A DNA stretch of 64,000 nt from an uncultured delta proteobacterium (GTDB lineage: Bacteria > Desulfobacterota > Binatia > UBA9968). The DNA lies in the NCBI GenBank assembly GCA_963745835.1, contig CAVUZH010000003.1, positions 896,001 to 960,000 on the forward strand, in the 5' to 3' direction. The notes beneath the pieces are model-generated. The model saw nothing but the letters and a program-made list of their open reading frames with translations, had not been told where the DNA came from and ran no database searches. Positions 40,363-50,330 of this stretch are shown here, one piece after another (position 1 is the stretch's first letter; the number at the start of each line of letters is the position of its first letter). Made by a program: the position numbers and the translations under genes.

Positions 40363-41424
40363 ATGACTGCTAATTCAACAATAAGAATTGGTATCGTGGG
40401 TTGTGGGCGTGTAACTGAAACTCGCCATTTGCCGGCGCTGCGATATCTCGACAGTGTCGAAGTTGTAGCCTTGGCCGACATCAGCGTTGACCGTCTGAAC
40501 AAAGTGGCGGACCTGTTTGATATCAAGGCCCGATATGCCAACTATCAGCGACTGCTGGAAGAGCCCTCGATAGACGCAGTTGCGGTCTGCGTACCGGCTC
40601 AGTTTCATGTGGAGATCGGTTTGGCTGCTTTGGATGCTGGAAAGCACATCCTTGTTGAGAAGCCCCTAGCCCTGAAACTGAACGAATGCCAATATCTTAT
40701 CGACCGCGCGAGAAAAACCCCCAATAAAGTCATGATAGGCTTCAATTTGCGCTGGCATCGGCTTGTGCGGCAAGCGCGAGAAATGATCCAACAAGGACAC
40801 GTGGTAAGAATCGGCTTGATGCGAACAGTTCTGACCAGTTACCACAACGATGTTCCCCAATGGAGGCAATATCGCGAGCGGGGAGGTGGAGTGCTGTTTG
40901 AGTTAGCTGTTCACCACTTCGATCTCTGGCGCTTCTTGCTCCAGAGTGAGGTCGAGGAAGTGTCTGCCTCAACACTTTGCGGGCTGTGGGAAGACGAAGC
41001 GGCAACGGTAACCGCGCGGATGGCCAATGGTGTTCTTATTACTTCTGTTTTCGCAGAGCGGACGAGCGAAAGTCATGAGTTAGAGATCTACGGCCAATCA
41101 GGTCGTCTGAAAGTATCCTGCTATGATTTTGATGGCCTGGAATGTTTTTCGACGGCCGGCTTTTCGGGTGACATGCGGAACCGGCTGCGAAGAATTGCGT
41201 CTACAGTGAAAGAACTGCCTCGCGCGCTCTGTAAAATGAGGCAAGGCGGAGACTTCATTGCTTCCTACCGCGCCGAGTGGAGTCATTTTACCGATGCGAT
41301 CCGGCGCAACACACCGGTTGAATGTACCTTAGAGGATGGGGTACAGGCGCTGCGAGTGGTGCTGGCTGCGGCCAGGTCGGCGTCCACAAACCAGCCGGTG
41401 AACCTCAGCGCGATCACCGCGTGA
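40363..41424 (+). CDS. Gfo/Idh/MocA family oxidoreductase
   Basis: IGIVGCGRV, VEKPLA, GFNLRW, GGGVLFELAVHHFD. Confidence 0.9.
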   Translation: MTANSTIRIGIVGCGRVTETRHLPALRYLDSVEVVALADISVDRLNKVADLFDIKARYANYQRLLEEPSIDAVAVCVPAQFHVEIGLAALDAGKHILVEKPLALKLNECQYLIDRARKTPNKVMIGFNLRWHRLVRQAREMIQQGHVVRIGLMRTVLTSYHNDVPQWRQYRERGGGVLFELAVHHFDLWRFLLQSEVEEVSASTLCGLWEDEAATVTARMANGVLITSVFAERTSESHELEIYGQSGRLKVSCYDFDGLECFSTAGFSGDMRNRLRRIASTVKELPRALCKMRQGGDFIASYRAEWSHFTDAIRRNTPVECTLEDGVQALRVVLAAARSASTNQPVNLSAITA

Positions 41425-41490
41425 ACCCAGCCAAGCACAGAGAATTATGCGGCTGGCAGCCCGTAAACTAGCGAGCGCGGAAATGATGTT

Positions 41491-42537
41491 ATGACTGGCA
41501 ATAAGCTATCGCCTTCCATTGGTGGGCGTCTTCCAGAGCCGAAGCTGTCGGTAGTGATTGTCGCTGATGGCTATGACATCATTCGCAAAACGGTCAGCCA
41601 TCTCCGGGATCAATCAATAAAAGATCAACTGGAGATTGTCATCGTAGCCGAAGCTAAAGAACGTCTCGTTCTCGAGTTCCGCGAGATAAAGGATTTTTGG
41701 TCCGTGCGCGTGATTGAAGTTCCTTCCATTCTACCGTTGGCCTTAGCCACCGCAGCCGGTATTCGCCACTGTCGGGGATCGCTCGTCGTACTGGCCGAGA
41801 GTCACGCTTATCCGAGCGCGGGATGGGCGCAGGCGCTTGTCAAAGCCCATCAGCAGCCATGGGCAGCTGTGGGTGCCGTGATCGGCAACGCCAACCCCTA
41901 TAGTATGGTCAGCTGGTCGAGTCTGTTTTTGGACTACGGTCATTGTGTCGAAACCACCGTGACTGGTGTAATGGACTATTTGCCGGGTCATCACACTTCC
42001 TACAAGCGTGAGATTCTGTTGCATTATGACTCACAGTTGGAGGCCTTGATGGACTCGGAAATCCTGCTCCATTGGAAGATGCGGGAGAGGGGATACCAAC
42101 TCTATTTGGAGCCTGCGGCGAAAATCTATCACGTCAATATCTCGGCCATCGGCGCGTGGCTCTCGGAACGTTTTTATACCGGCCGGCGATTTGCGGCGAC
42201 TCGAGCGCAGGGCTGGTCGTTAGTGATGCGTTTGTTGTATGGGGGCGCTGCCGGCCTTATTCCGTTGGTGCGCTTGTCCCGTGTCTTGCGTGATATTAGC
42301 CGGTCAACTCACAGAGAGCTCTTACTCCCGCGCATCGTTCCCTCGCTGCTTTTGGGCTTGCTGGTGAGCGCCGTAGGAGAAGCAGTAGGTTACCTGATGG
42401 GCCGTGGCACTGCGACGGAGCGTCTCGCTGAAATGGAATTGCACAAGCTTAGATACATCACGAAACAGGATCGCCTCGCAATCGAAGGCGCGCCAATAAC
42501 CGGCGGTATCGGTTCCGTGGAAGCTTGCGGACACTGA
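41491..42537 (+). CDS. GT2-like glycosyltransferase (atypical DXD)
   Basis: LSVVIV, L.DQ...EIVIV, VVLAESH in place of the usual F.DDD, GHHTSYKR, LYLEPAAKIYH. Confidence 0.7.
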   Translation: MTGNKLSPSIGGRLPEPKLSVVIVADGYDIIRKTVSHLRDQSIKDQLEIVIVAEAKERLVLEFREIKDFWSVRVIEVPSILPLALATAAGIRHCRGSLVVLAESHAYPSAGWAQALVKAHQQPWAAVGAVIGNANPYSMVSWSSLFLDYGHCVETTVTGVMDYLPGHHTSYKREILLHYDSQLEALMDSEILLHWKMRERGYQLYLEPAAKIYHVNISAIGAWLSERFYTGRRFAATRAQGWSLVMRLLYGGAAGLIPLVRLSRVLRDISRSTHRELLLPRIVPSLLLGLLVSAVGEAVGYLMGRGTATERLAEMELHKLRYITKQDRLAIEGAPITGGIGSVEACGH

Positions 42538-42551
42538 TCTGGACTGCTCTG

Positions 42552-43448
42552 ATGCAACTAACGATGCCTGCAATTTCGGTTATTATTCCTACATTCAACC
42601 GGCCGAGAGAGCTGGCCAACTGTCTCGCCGCCTTTGAGCGATCCAATTATCCCGCTGACCAGTTTGAGATCATTGTTGTAGATGATGGCAGTGTCGTGTC
42701 GCCTGAAAGTACGCTTGCTTTAATCAACAAGCGGCTCGATGTCAAATTAATTCGTCAAGCCAATGCCGGCCCAAGTGCCGCGCGGAACGCAGGAGCGAGA
42801 AGAGCTTCCGGCCACATTCTGGCTTTTACAGATGATGATTGTGCGCCGGCTGCGGACTGGCTGCAGCAGATTGCGCTGCGGTTTATCGCTGAACCAGACT
42901 GCATTATCGTCGGCGGGCGGACTCTGAACTCTCTTTCCGACAACATTTTTTCGGCCGTGAGCCAGCACATTGTCGATATTGGATGCGCTCATCACAACAA
43001 GGACCCAAATGACGCTCGCTTCTTTACTGCTAATAATTTGGCTGTGCGCGCGGCCGACTTCTTCAGGGTCGGCGGCTTTGATAGGAGCTTTGGGAATACT
43101 GCGTCAGAAGATCGTGAGCTCTGCGGGCGTTGGTTGCATCATGGCTACCGAATGATTTATGTGCCGGAAGCCACCATGTATCATGCCCATCGTCTGACTT
43201 TTAGGACATTTTGCCGGCAGCACTTTAATTATGGCCGTGGTGCCTTGCTCCTGCAGAAGATACGCCGACAACAAGGGTGGCAGCTCTTTAAACCAGATCC
43301 GCGCTATTATGCGAGATTACTACGTTCATCACTGTATGCAGGGCCGATAGCAAGAGTAGTTTCGGTTGTGGCATTGCTGGTTACGGCACAAGCAGCGACC
43401 GCACTCGGAATGGCAACCCAGTGGATCAATCAGGAGCGCCGGAGATAG
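42552..43448 (+). CDS. GT2 glycosyltransferase
   Basis: ISVIIPTFNR, VVDDGS, ARNAG, AFTDDDC, GGFD, SEDRE. Confidence 0.9.
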   Translation: MQLTMPAISVIIPTFNRPRELANCLAAFERSNYPADQFEIIVVDDGSVVSPESTLALINKRLDVKLIRQANAGPSAARNAGARRASGHILAFTDDDCAPAADWLQQIALRFIAEPDCIIVGGRTLNSLSDNIFSAVSQHIVDIGCAHHNKDPNDARFFTANNLAVRAADFFRVGGFDRSFGNTASEDRELCGRWLHHGYRMIYVPEATMYHAHRLTFRTFCRQHFNYGRGALLLQKIRRQQGWQLFKPDPRYYARLLRSSLYAGPIARVVSVVALLVTAQAATALGMATQWINQERRR

Positions 43449-44371
43449 TGGGAGCGCAACTATTTTTTTCTATCATAGTGCCAACCTATAATCGCCCCAC
43501 GCAGTTGGCCGCCTGTCTGCGTTCCCTTGCCGAAATCGATTACCCACGTGATTGCTTCGAAGTCATCGTGGTCGACGATGGCAGCGCAATTTCCCCAGAG
43601 TGGGTCGTTTCTAACTTTCGAGACCAAGCCGACTTCACGTTGATTCGACAAGCGCATGAAGGCCCGGGAGCTGCACGTAATACTGGGGCGGCACGAAGCC
43701 GGGGTAAATATCTGGCTTTTACTGCGGATGATTGCGTACCAGCACCGGATTGGTTGAGTACGCTCGCGCGGCGTTTCCGGAGCCTACCAAATTGCGCTGT
43801 CGGCGGACGAACACTTAATTATTTATCGGACAATCGTTATTCAACAGCCACCGATCTCCTGATCCAATATCTCTATCACTACTACAATCGAGATGCGCTC
43901 CGGGCACAGTTCTTCACACCTAACAACCTCGCAGTTCCTGTAGAACACTATCGCGTGTCAGGCGGGTTCGATGCATCATTCACTAGCGGTACGGGAGAGG
44001 ACCGGGACTTCTGTGATCGCTGGGTGAGTCAGGGCTATGAAATGGTTTATGCTCCTGAAGCGGTGGTTTATCATTCACATTTCCTTAGCTTACCCGAGTT
44101 TTGCTTCTTACACTTCCGCTACGGTCGCGGAACATTCGGATATCGCATGAAGCGTGCGCGCAGGGCATCCGACAACATTCATCTGGAACCATTATCGTTT
44201 TATATCAACTTGTTTCGGTATCCACTTTCGAAAGCTCCGGATTCACAGAAGCTGACGATGGCGCTGCTGCTGGGGTTATCGCAGGCGGCGAACGCAGCGG
44301 GTTATATTTGGGAAAAATTCTGCTGGGAGTTGTCGAAAAAAGAAACCGGACGGTTGGAGATGCTGCCGTGA
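43448..44371 (+). CDS. GT2 glycosyltransferase (tandem paralogue)
   Basis: FSIIVPTYNR, VVDDGS, ARNTG, AFTADDC, GEDRD. GTG start overlaps the previous stop. Confidence 0.9.
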   Translation: MGAQLFFSIIVPTYNRPTQLAACLRSLAEIDYPRDCFEVIVVDDGSAISPEWVVSNFRDQADFTLIRQAHEGPGAARNTGAARSRGKYLAFTADDCVPAPDWLSTLARRFRSLPNCAVGGRTLNYLSDNRYSTATDLLIQYLYHYYNRDALRAQFFTPNNLAVPVEHYRVSGGFDASFTSGTGEDRDFCDRWVSQGYEMVYAPEAVVYHSHFLSLPEFCFLHFRYGRGTFGYRMKRARRASDNIHLEPLSFYINLFRYPLSKAPDSQKLTMALLLGLSQAANAAGYIWEKFCWELSKKETGRLEMLP

Positions 44372-44890
44372 ACGGCATGACCTTAAACTCCTGGTTTTTT
44401 CTCTGCTCGACGGTTCGCCGTTGCGACGATGGTTGCCGCAGGAATATCTGCGCGAGCTCAAAAGGTTCTCTCTACAGCAGTGGGCGAGGCAGGAAACGCT
44501 GGTGCGCGAACTCATGGCCGTCGCAACCGTTTTCGCGGCGGCAGGCCAGGAATCTATTCTCGTTAAAGGAGCCTATCTCGCGACACGGTTCTTCGGAGGA
44601 ATCGATCGTCGCCCATTCTTTGATCTAGATCTGCTCGTTAACAGAGACAAGCTGCCGGAAGCGCAGCGCCTGATGAGAGGTAGCGGCTATACCAGAAAAA
44701 TCCGCCATCCTATTCAATGAAACTTTCACCAATTACTTCGCGCACGGCTTCGACTTCACCAAGTCGGGTGTTGCAGTGGATTGCACTAGGCTCTTTCCGC
44801 CAACCCGGCGCATAACCTCGACTACCGCGCCATCTGGCAGCGGCGGCAGAACTTCGTATTGTACAATCGGAAATTTTCTGTGTTTATCCG
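44370..44890 (+). pseudogene. Truncated, frameshifted copy of nucleotidyltransferase 9773-10978
   Basis: LLVFSLLDGSPLRRWLP..QQWARQE..LVKGAYLATRFFGGIDRRPFFDLDLL is near-identical to 9773. Frameshift near 44700, stop at VDLH*, and both termini missing. Confidence 0.8.
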
Positions 44891-45585
44891 GATTTTACCG
44901 GTTCGAATTCTGGGCCTGACGGCAAGTGCCTTGGGTGAAATGTCGGGTACGGACTAGGGGAGGGAACTTCAAAGAAAGCTCGGACACAGCTCGAGTTTCA
45001 TCGTATACGCCACATCGGCAGAAGGTCTAAAGTAGAAACAACAATTCCTTCGTCCTGTGGTAGCCGCATCACTGAGCAAGATGCCGATCTCTATATAGCT
45101 GTTCATTCAAATCTGCCCCTATCAGCTTGCGTTCGAGGTGAACAAACGAGTGTGCAGCCCGACGACGCTGAAGTTTTGAGAACTACATAACGATAGCCGT
45201 AAAGGACAGACCACCATTTTGTGCAACGTAGTGCGCGACGCATAGCATATGGCCCATCCTGGCCTTGAAGGAACGGCGTGATGTTATCTCGTGCTAAGGG
45301 TAACCATTGTCAACGGTAATTCATCCGGTTCCGAAAGCCTACGTTAGGCGCGTCAGCTTTTTCGGTTACCAGAGTAGTTGATCTAAGCCGAGCGACAAAA
45401 CGTGTCGAACTTATAATCAATCGCCAGTCTCCAAGGGATTAGAAAATTATCCAGCTGGAGGATTTACGCAAACACCATATATAGTCGGACAGACGGCAAA
45501 TCATGATACGCCAGAACAGCATTATCACACTCAATCCACGCCGCGTATTTTACTTCTCAGCAATGATACTGCTACACGGAGACAG

Positions 45586-46713
45586 TTGCAGCTTTTCTAT
45601 ACCTCAAATGGTTATAGGGTAGAGCTTGCTAATTCGGATGAACACGCACTAAGTCGACTGAAGAAGAGAGACATCGACTTACTCGTAATAGATTTTGGAC
45701 ATCCGGACAGCAACAAAGTTGAAGTTGCAGTCCAACTGGAATGGAATCATCCAGGAGTATCCATTTTAACGACTGGCGATTGGTCCACCGATCATTATAA
45801 CTCGGCCTTCAGATACCGTAGCTGCGACTACATGGCTAAGCCCTTTGAGTCCCAGACGATTCACGATAAGACCCAGACGGCTTTGAAAAAAGCATACGTC
45901 TTTGCCGAAAGTACAAGTCTTCGCCAGTCGCTAAGCGATACTGAAGGCGAATTTGGGCTATTACTTAGTAAAACGCCTGCAATGCATCAGATTTTTGAAA
46001 CCATGCGAATGGCTTCACCGACGAATATGAGCGTAGTCCTCGAAGGCGAAGCCGGAACAGGGAAAGAGCTTATTGCCAGCGCCATTCACTGTCAAAGTTC
46101 TCGGCGAGATGGACCATTCATTCCCGTCAACTGTTCGGCCTATCCTGATTTCTTGCTAGAAGCGGAGCTTTTTGGCTGCGAAGAGGGGAGTCGTTTCAGG
46201 GGAGAGGTCAAGCGTTCAGGAAAGATTAAACTAGCCGATCGAGGAACTTTGTTCCTGGACGAAATCGAAAGTATGGATCCTTTTGTGCAAACGAAGTTGC
46301 TGCAAGTGCTCGAGGACTGCAATAGCGTGCACCTAGGCGGACAGCAAAGTCTTGATAGTGACTTGCGAGTAATTGCCGCTTCTAATGTTTCGTTACAGGA
46401 TCTCGTTGCCAAGGGAAAGATGCGACCTGATCTGTATTATCGGCTTAACGTTGTTCCTATTTATGTGTTACCTTTGCGCGAGCGCGCCGGCGATATTCCT
46501 CTCCTGATCGAGGACTTCCTTCGTTGGCACCCGATTGCCAATCAAAGGCGTATTGTTGGCGTATCACGTGAGCCTATAGCCCGCCTCATTCAGTACCAGT
46601 GGCCGGGGAACATTCGTGAACTGCAGAACGTGTTGGAAAAGGCCATTATAATGACTAAGGGTTCTGTCATTGAGAATATCGATTTGCCCTTCGTGAAGGA
46701 ACCGGTTAATTGA
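45586..46713 (+). CDS. Degenerate NtrC-like response regulator / sigma-54 AAA+ protein
   Basis: GEAGTGKE, LFLDEIE, DLYYRLNV, WPGNIRELQN. GAFTGA is replaced by GSRFRGE and there is no C-terminal HTH. The frame is open from 45382 and includes receiver beta-1 (RILLLSND) upstream of the first canonical start. Confidence 0.75.
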   Translation: MQLFYTSNGYRVELANSDEHALSRLKKRDIDLLVIDFGHPDSNKVEVAVQLEWNHPGVSILTTGDWSTDHYNSAFRYRSCDYMAKPFESQTIHDKTQTALKKAYVFAESTSLRQSLSDTEGEFGLLLSKTPAMHQIFETMRMASPTNMSVVLEGEAGTGKELIASAIHCQSSRRDGPFIPVNCSAYPDFLLEAELFGCEEGSRFRGEVKRSGKIKLADRGTLFLDEIESMDPFVQTKLLQVLEDCNSVHLGGQQSLDSDLRVIAASNVSLQDLVAKGKMRPDLYYRLNVVPIYVLPLRERAGDIPLLIEDFLRWHPIANQRRIVGVSREPIARLIQYQWPGNIRELQNVLEKAIIMTKGSVIENIDLPFVKEPVN

Positions 46714-46920
46714 GATTCAAGTGAGTTTGGGTAAATTCGCCAGATACTGAGGGTTTTTGTTAAGACACGGAGATTACTCCCGGCCAAGAAATGGCCGGGT
46801 GTCAAGCCTTATTCAGGTTTCAACACTGTAGCCTTGGACAACAATCATTTCGTATAATGTTGATAGCTGCTAACCATACTTGAGCTGTGCAGAATTCGGT
46901 AGAGTTATCATTGAGTTTTC

Positions 46921-48132
46921 ATGGATTTGCCTTATAAAGAGCATTTCGGCCTCAAACAAGAACCGTTCAATATCACCGCCGACCCGGCTTTTCTCTATCT
47001 GAGCAGAAGCCATCGTGAGGCTCTGGCGCAGCTCTCATATGGCATCAAAGCCCGCAAAGGCTTTGTCGTTTTAACAGGCGAGGTTGGCACCGGCAAAACG
47101 ACCCTTATTAACGGCCTAATGGACGAGCTCGATAGCGATACCCGAACCGCTCTCATCTTTAGTCACATCGCCAACCCGTTTGATCTCCTCCGTTACACCT
47201 GTAACGAGTTCGGTCTAAGATCGCCGCAGCATTCGCGGGATGATTTCTACGAGTATCTGGCTCTGCTCAACGATTACTTATTTGAAAGTTACCGTTCTGG
47301 CAAAAACTGTGCACTGATCATCGATGAAGCGCAGAATCTCTCACCAGAAGTTTTGGAAAGCGTGCGGTTATTGTCAAACTTTGAGACCTCCAAAGACAAG
47401 CTATTGCAGATTCTCCTTGTCGGACAGCCGGAATTATCCGACCGCCTTAACTCCCAGGAACTGCGGCAGCTCAAACAGCGGGTAACTGTGCGTTATCAGT
47501 TGCGTTCTCTGACGTTGAAAGAATGCCACGCATATATCTCCAGTAGATTACAAGTGGCGGGTGGCGACCCACTGCTTTTCACGCCTAAAGCCGTGGAGGT
47601 TATATATGCATGCTCAGGAGGTATTCCCAGAGTGATCAATGTGATGTGCGATGGCGCGCTAATGACAGCGTACGGTTTAAGAAAGACCTACATCGATGAT
47701 TCGTTAATCCGGCAAGTCGCGGAAGATCTCCAAATAGGTGGCACCGTCTTCTCATGCGAGAAGGTGACGAAGGAAACGACTAATTCAACGCCGCCGATAA
47801 CGAGGGAGATAGCATCACAGTCTCAGGAGGTTTCTGAGCCGATTTTGCAACAACCCTCGGTGAAAGTAGCAGAATCCGCAGGAACACGGAGCGGCGTTGT
47901 ACCTCGCATAGTCTTCGATGAACTAAGTTTGATACTCGTGGATGCCATGGGGCCAATGGCGTCGATCGTATTGAAGGATAGAGCGGCTAGTCTCGGGGAA
48001 TCTCTCGATCGATTTCCGGAGGAAAAGCTAAAAGGACTGATAGAGCTTGTCAGTGATGAGATATTGGATCCATCAATGCGGCAAGATTTTCAAAATGTTG
48101 TTCAGGAACGCGTCATGCCGCGAGTCGACTAG
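46921..48132 (+). CDS. ExeA/GspA-like AAA ATPase
   Basis: HFGLKQEPF..DPAFLY, GEVGTGKT, IIDEAQNL, LVGQPEL, LRQLKQR, SGGIPRVIN. Confidence 0.88.
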   Translation: MDLPYKEHFGLKQEPFNITADPAFLYLSRSHREALAQLSYGIKARKGFVVLTGEVGTGKTTLINGLMDELDSDTRTALIFSHIANPFDLLRYTCNEFGLRSPQHSRDDFYEYLALLNDYLFESYRSGKNCALIIDEAQNLSPEVLESVRLLSNFETSKDKLLQILLVGQPELSDRLNSQELRQLKQRVTVRYQLRSLTLKECHAYISSRLQVAGGDPLLFTPKAVEVIYACSGGIPRVINVMCDGALMTAYGLRKTYIDDSLIRQVAEDLQIGGTVFSCEKVTKETTNSTPPITREIASQSQEVSEPILQQPSVKVAESAGTRSGVVPRIVFDELSLILVDAMGPMASIVLKDRAASLGESLDRFPEEKLKGLIELVSDEILDPSMRQDFQNVVQERVMPRVD

Positions 48133-48377
48133 ATTAGCCATAAGCCACGAATCAACTTCGTTGCCATGAGCGACCAGCCATTGTAGTCGACAGTCTTCTC
48201 GTCTCCTTGTCATTTCCTGCCATATCCCTCGACTATCTGATTCCCCTGCGAGCTGCTCTAGGTGTTTCCTCAATTACGCCTGTCCTGTGCTCTTCCCGAT
48301 CAATTCTACCGTGTCTCGACTTAGTGCCGGATCGCTCATACGATGGACATCATCTCGTATCCAAGCAGAGCTATGCC

Positions 48378-48386
48378 TGCTATAAT
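48378..48386 (+). promoter_or_regulatory. Putative extended -10 promoter element
   Basis: TGCTATAAT (TGnTATAAT) about 55 nt upstream of ATG 48442. Confidence 0.4.
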
Positions 48387-48441
48387 TCGCCGCACACAGT
48401 TATTCTTGGGTTGACAGAGTACACACAAAGGGGCGTAAGGC

Positions 48442-49383
48442 ATGGCTGATCGTTACCTCATCACTGGCGGTGCGGGTTTTATTGGTTCTCATTTAGTTAA
48501 GCATGTTCTCGGTGCCGGCGGCAACGTGCGGGTTGTGGATAATCTGTCCACTGGCTCCGCTAAGCGACTCAATCAGATTCGTGACTCGGTAGAACTCGTG
48601 ACAGGTGATTTGGCCGATAATTCCGTCGCTGCAGAAGTTGTCAAAGACGTGGACTATGTTTTACATCAGGCCGCCGTTCCGTCTGTACAGCGATCCGTTG
48701 TCGATCCAGTCGGTACCAACCGGTCTAATGTTACAGCCACTTTAAATCTCCTGGAAAACTCTCGGAAGGCGCGAGTTCGCCGCTTCGTCTATGCCGCTTC
48801 ATCTTCAGCTTACGGGGACACTGAGGTTCTGCCGAAAAGCGAAGACATGCCGGCGAATCCACTTTCGCCCTACGCGTTACAAAAATGGGTAGGGGAGCGC
48901 TACTGCAAACTCTATCATGAGCTTTATGGTCTCGAGACTGTCAGCCTGAGGTACTTCAACGTCTTCGGTCCCGGGCAAGATCCTTACTCAGAATATTCGG
49001 CTGTGATTCCTAAATTTACTACCAAGCTCTTAGCTCAAGAGCCGATCACCGTCTATGGAGACGGTGAGCAGTCACGAGATTTCACCTACATCGATAATGT
49101 CATCCAAGCCAACTTGCTTGCGTTGCGCGCGCCGAATGCACCTGGGGAAGTTTGCAACATCGGTTGCGGCCAGCGGGTTACCCTTAATCAGCTAATTCAA
49201 ATTTTGGAAGAACTTCTGAAAGTTCGGACACAGGTCACTTACGCTCCAGCTAAGCCGGGCGATGTGCGTCATTCCTTGGCGGACATTACCAAAGCGACAC
49301 GCGTCCTCGGATACGTTCCGGAAACCGAAATAGAGGAAGGACTAAGGAAAACAGTCGAAGCACTCGTGAAATCCAACGACTAA
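48442..49383 (+). CDS. UDP-GlcNAc/UDP-glucose 4-epimerase family SDR (WbpP-like)
   Basis: TGGAGFIGS, HQAAVPSV.RS, ASSSAYG, SPYALQK, LRYFNVFGP, SRDFTY. Confidence 0.9.
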   Translation: MADRYLITGGAGFIGSHLVKHVLGAGGNVRVVDNLSTGSAKRLNQIRDSVELVTGDLADNSVAAEVVKDVDYVLHQAAVPSVQRSVVDPVGTNRSNVTATLNLLENSRKARVRRFVYAASSSAYGDTEVLPKSEDMPANPLSPYALQKWVGERYCKLYHELYGLETVSLRYFNVFGPGQDPYSEYSAVIPKFTTKLLAQEPITVYGDGEQSRDFTYIDNVIQANLLALRAPNAPGEVCNIGCGQRVTLNQLIQILEELLKVRTQVTYAPAKPGDVRHSLADITKATRVLGYVPETEIEEGLRKTVEALVKSND

Positions 49384-49421
49384 TGTGAGCGATCGCTCAA
49401 CAAACACTCAGGGGATCCTGT

Positions 49422-50237
49422 TCAATCGTAAGACAAATGCTTCCGGTAGATGTCGGTTCTGCGGTTCTGCAGGAGCGGCAGCTTTGCGCGGGTGTCGTGA
49501 ACTAAATTAAAGTCGATCTCAATGATTTCGACGCCTTCTCGCTCGCCAAGATCCACTACTGTCCGGCCTAACGGATCGACGATCATGCTGCGACCAATGT
49601 AGATATTGCCCACCTGATCCGGCGCGATGACGTAGCAGCCGCTTTCGAGAGCTCGGGCGCGGATCATGGTTTGCCAGTGATCCACTTTCAATTCGCCTTG
49701 CACCCAACCAGACGGCGCGAGCAGTATGTTGGCTCCTGATAAACTCAGCATGCGCCCCATCTCGGGGAATCGAAGATCATAGCAGATCATCATGCCGTAA
49801 CAGCCATCCTCGAACGTCACCGGCGCTGTCAGGTCGACGCCAGCGGCAAATTTGTCGGACTCGCGGAAACCGAAGGCGTCGTACAAGTGCAGCTTGCGGT
49901 AAACAGCCGCGATATTGCCCTCAGTATCGATCCACAGAGCGCTGTCGTATACACGATCAGGAATAGAGCAGGTCTCGTAGATCGTCGCTACGATCGCGGT
50001 ACGCGTTGCTTTAGCCGCTTCCTTCAGTGTTGTTACAAAATTGCCTTGAAGCGGCTCGGCAACTTGGGCGAGCTCCTTAGCTGTTTGACTGGCCGGTGAA
50101 AACGCCATTAAGAATTCGGGAAAGACAACCAGATCGGCGCCACCGCTGTTGCTATCTTTGACCAGCTCGAGAGCTCTGCGTAGATTTTCTCTTTTTTCCG
50201 TTGAGGACTGGATTTGGACGATGGCCACTTTGCTCAT
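49422..50237 (-). CDS. Carbon-nitrogen hydrolase (Nit1 / deaminated glutathione amidase-like)
   Basis: VFPE, YRKLHLYD, ICYDLRFPE catalytic E-K-C triad, ARALE. Confidence 0.88.
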   Translation of the reverse strand: MSKVAIVQIQSSTEKRENLRRALELVKDSNSGGADLVVFPEFLMAFSPASQTAKELAQVAEPLQGNFVTTLKEAAKATRTAIVATIYETCSIPDRVYDSALWIDTEGNIAAVYRKLHLYDAFGFRESDKFAAGVDLTAPVTFEDGCYGMMICYDLRFPEMGRMLSLSGANILLAPSGWVQGELKVDHWQTMIRARALESGCYVIAPDQVGNIYIGRSMIVDPLGRTVVDLGEREGVEIIEIDFNLVHDTRAKLPLLQNRRTDIYRKHLSYD

Positions 50238-50330
50238 GTAACATTGCTTTCCATGGTTTTCGACCGATAATCAGGATCTTGCAGTCAGGAGGGTTCGCGA
50301 CAATCTATACTCCTCACGCATTCCCACCCT

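Noticed and set aside
44890-45380. Unannotated gene or mobile-element end in the gap after the cluster
   Set aside because: No convincing ORF, terminal inverted repeat or direct repeat seen by eye.
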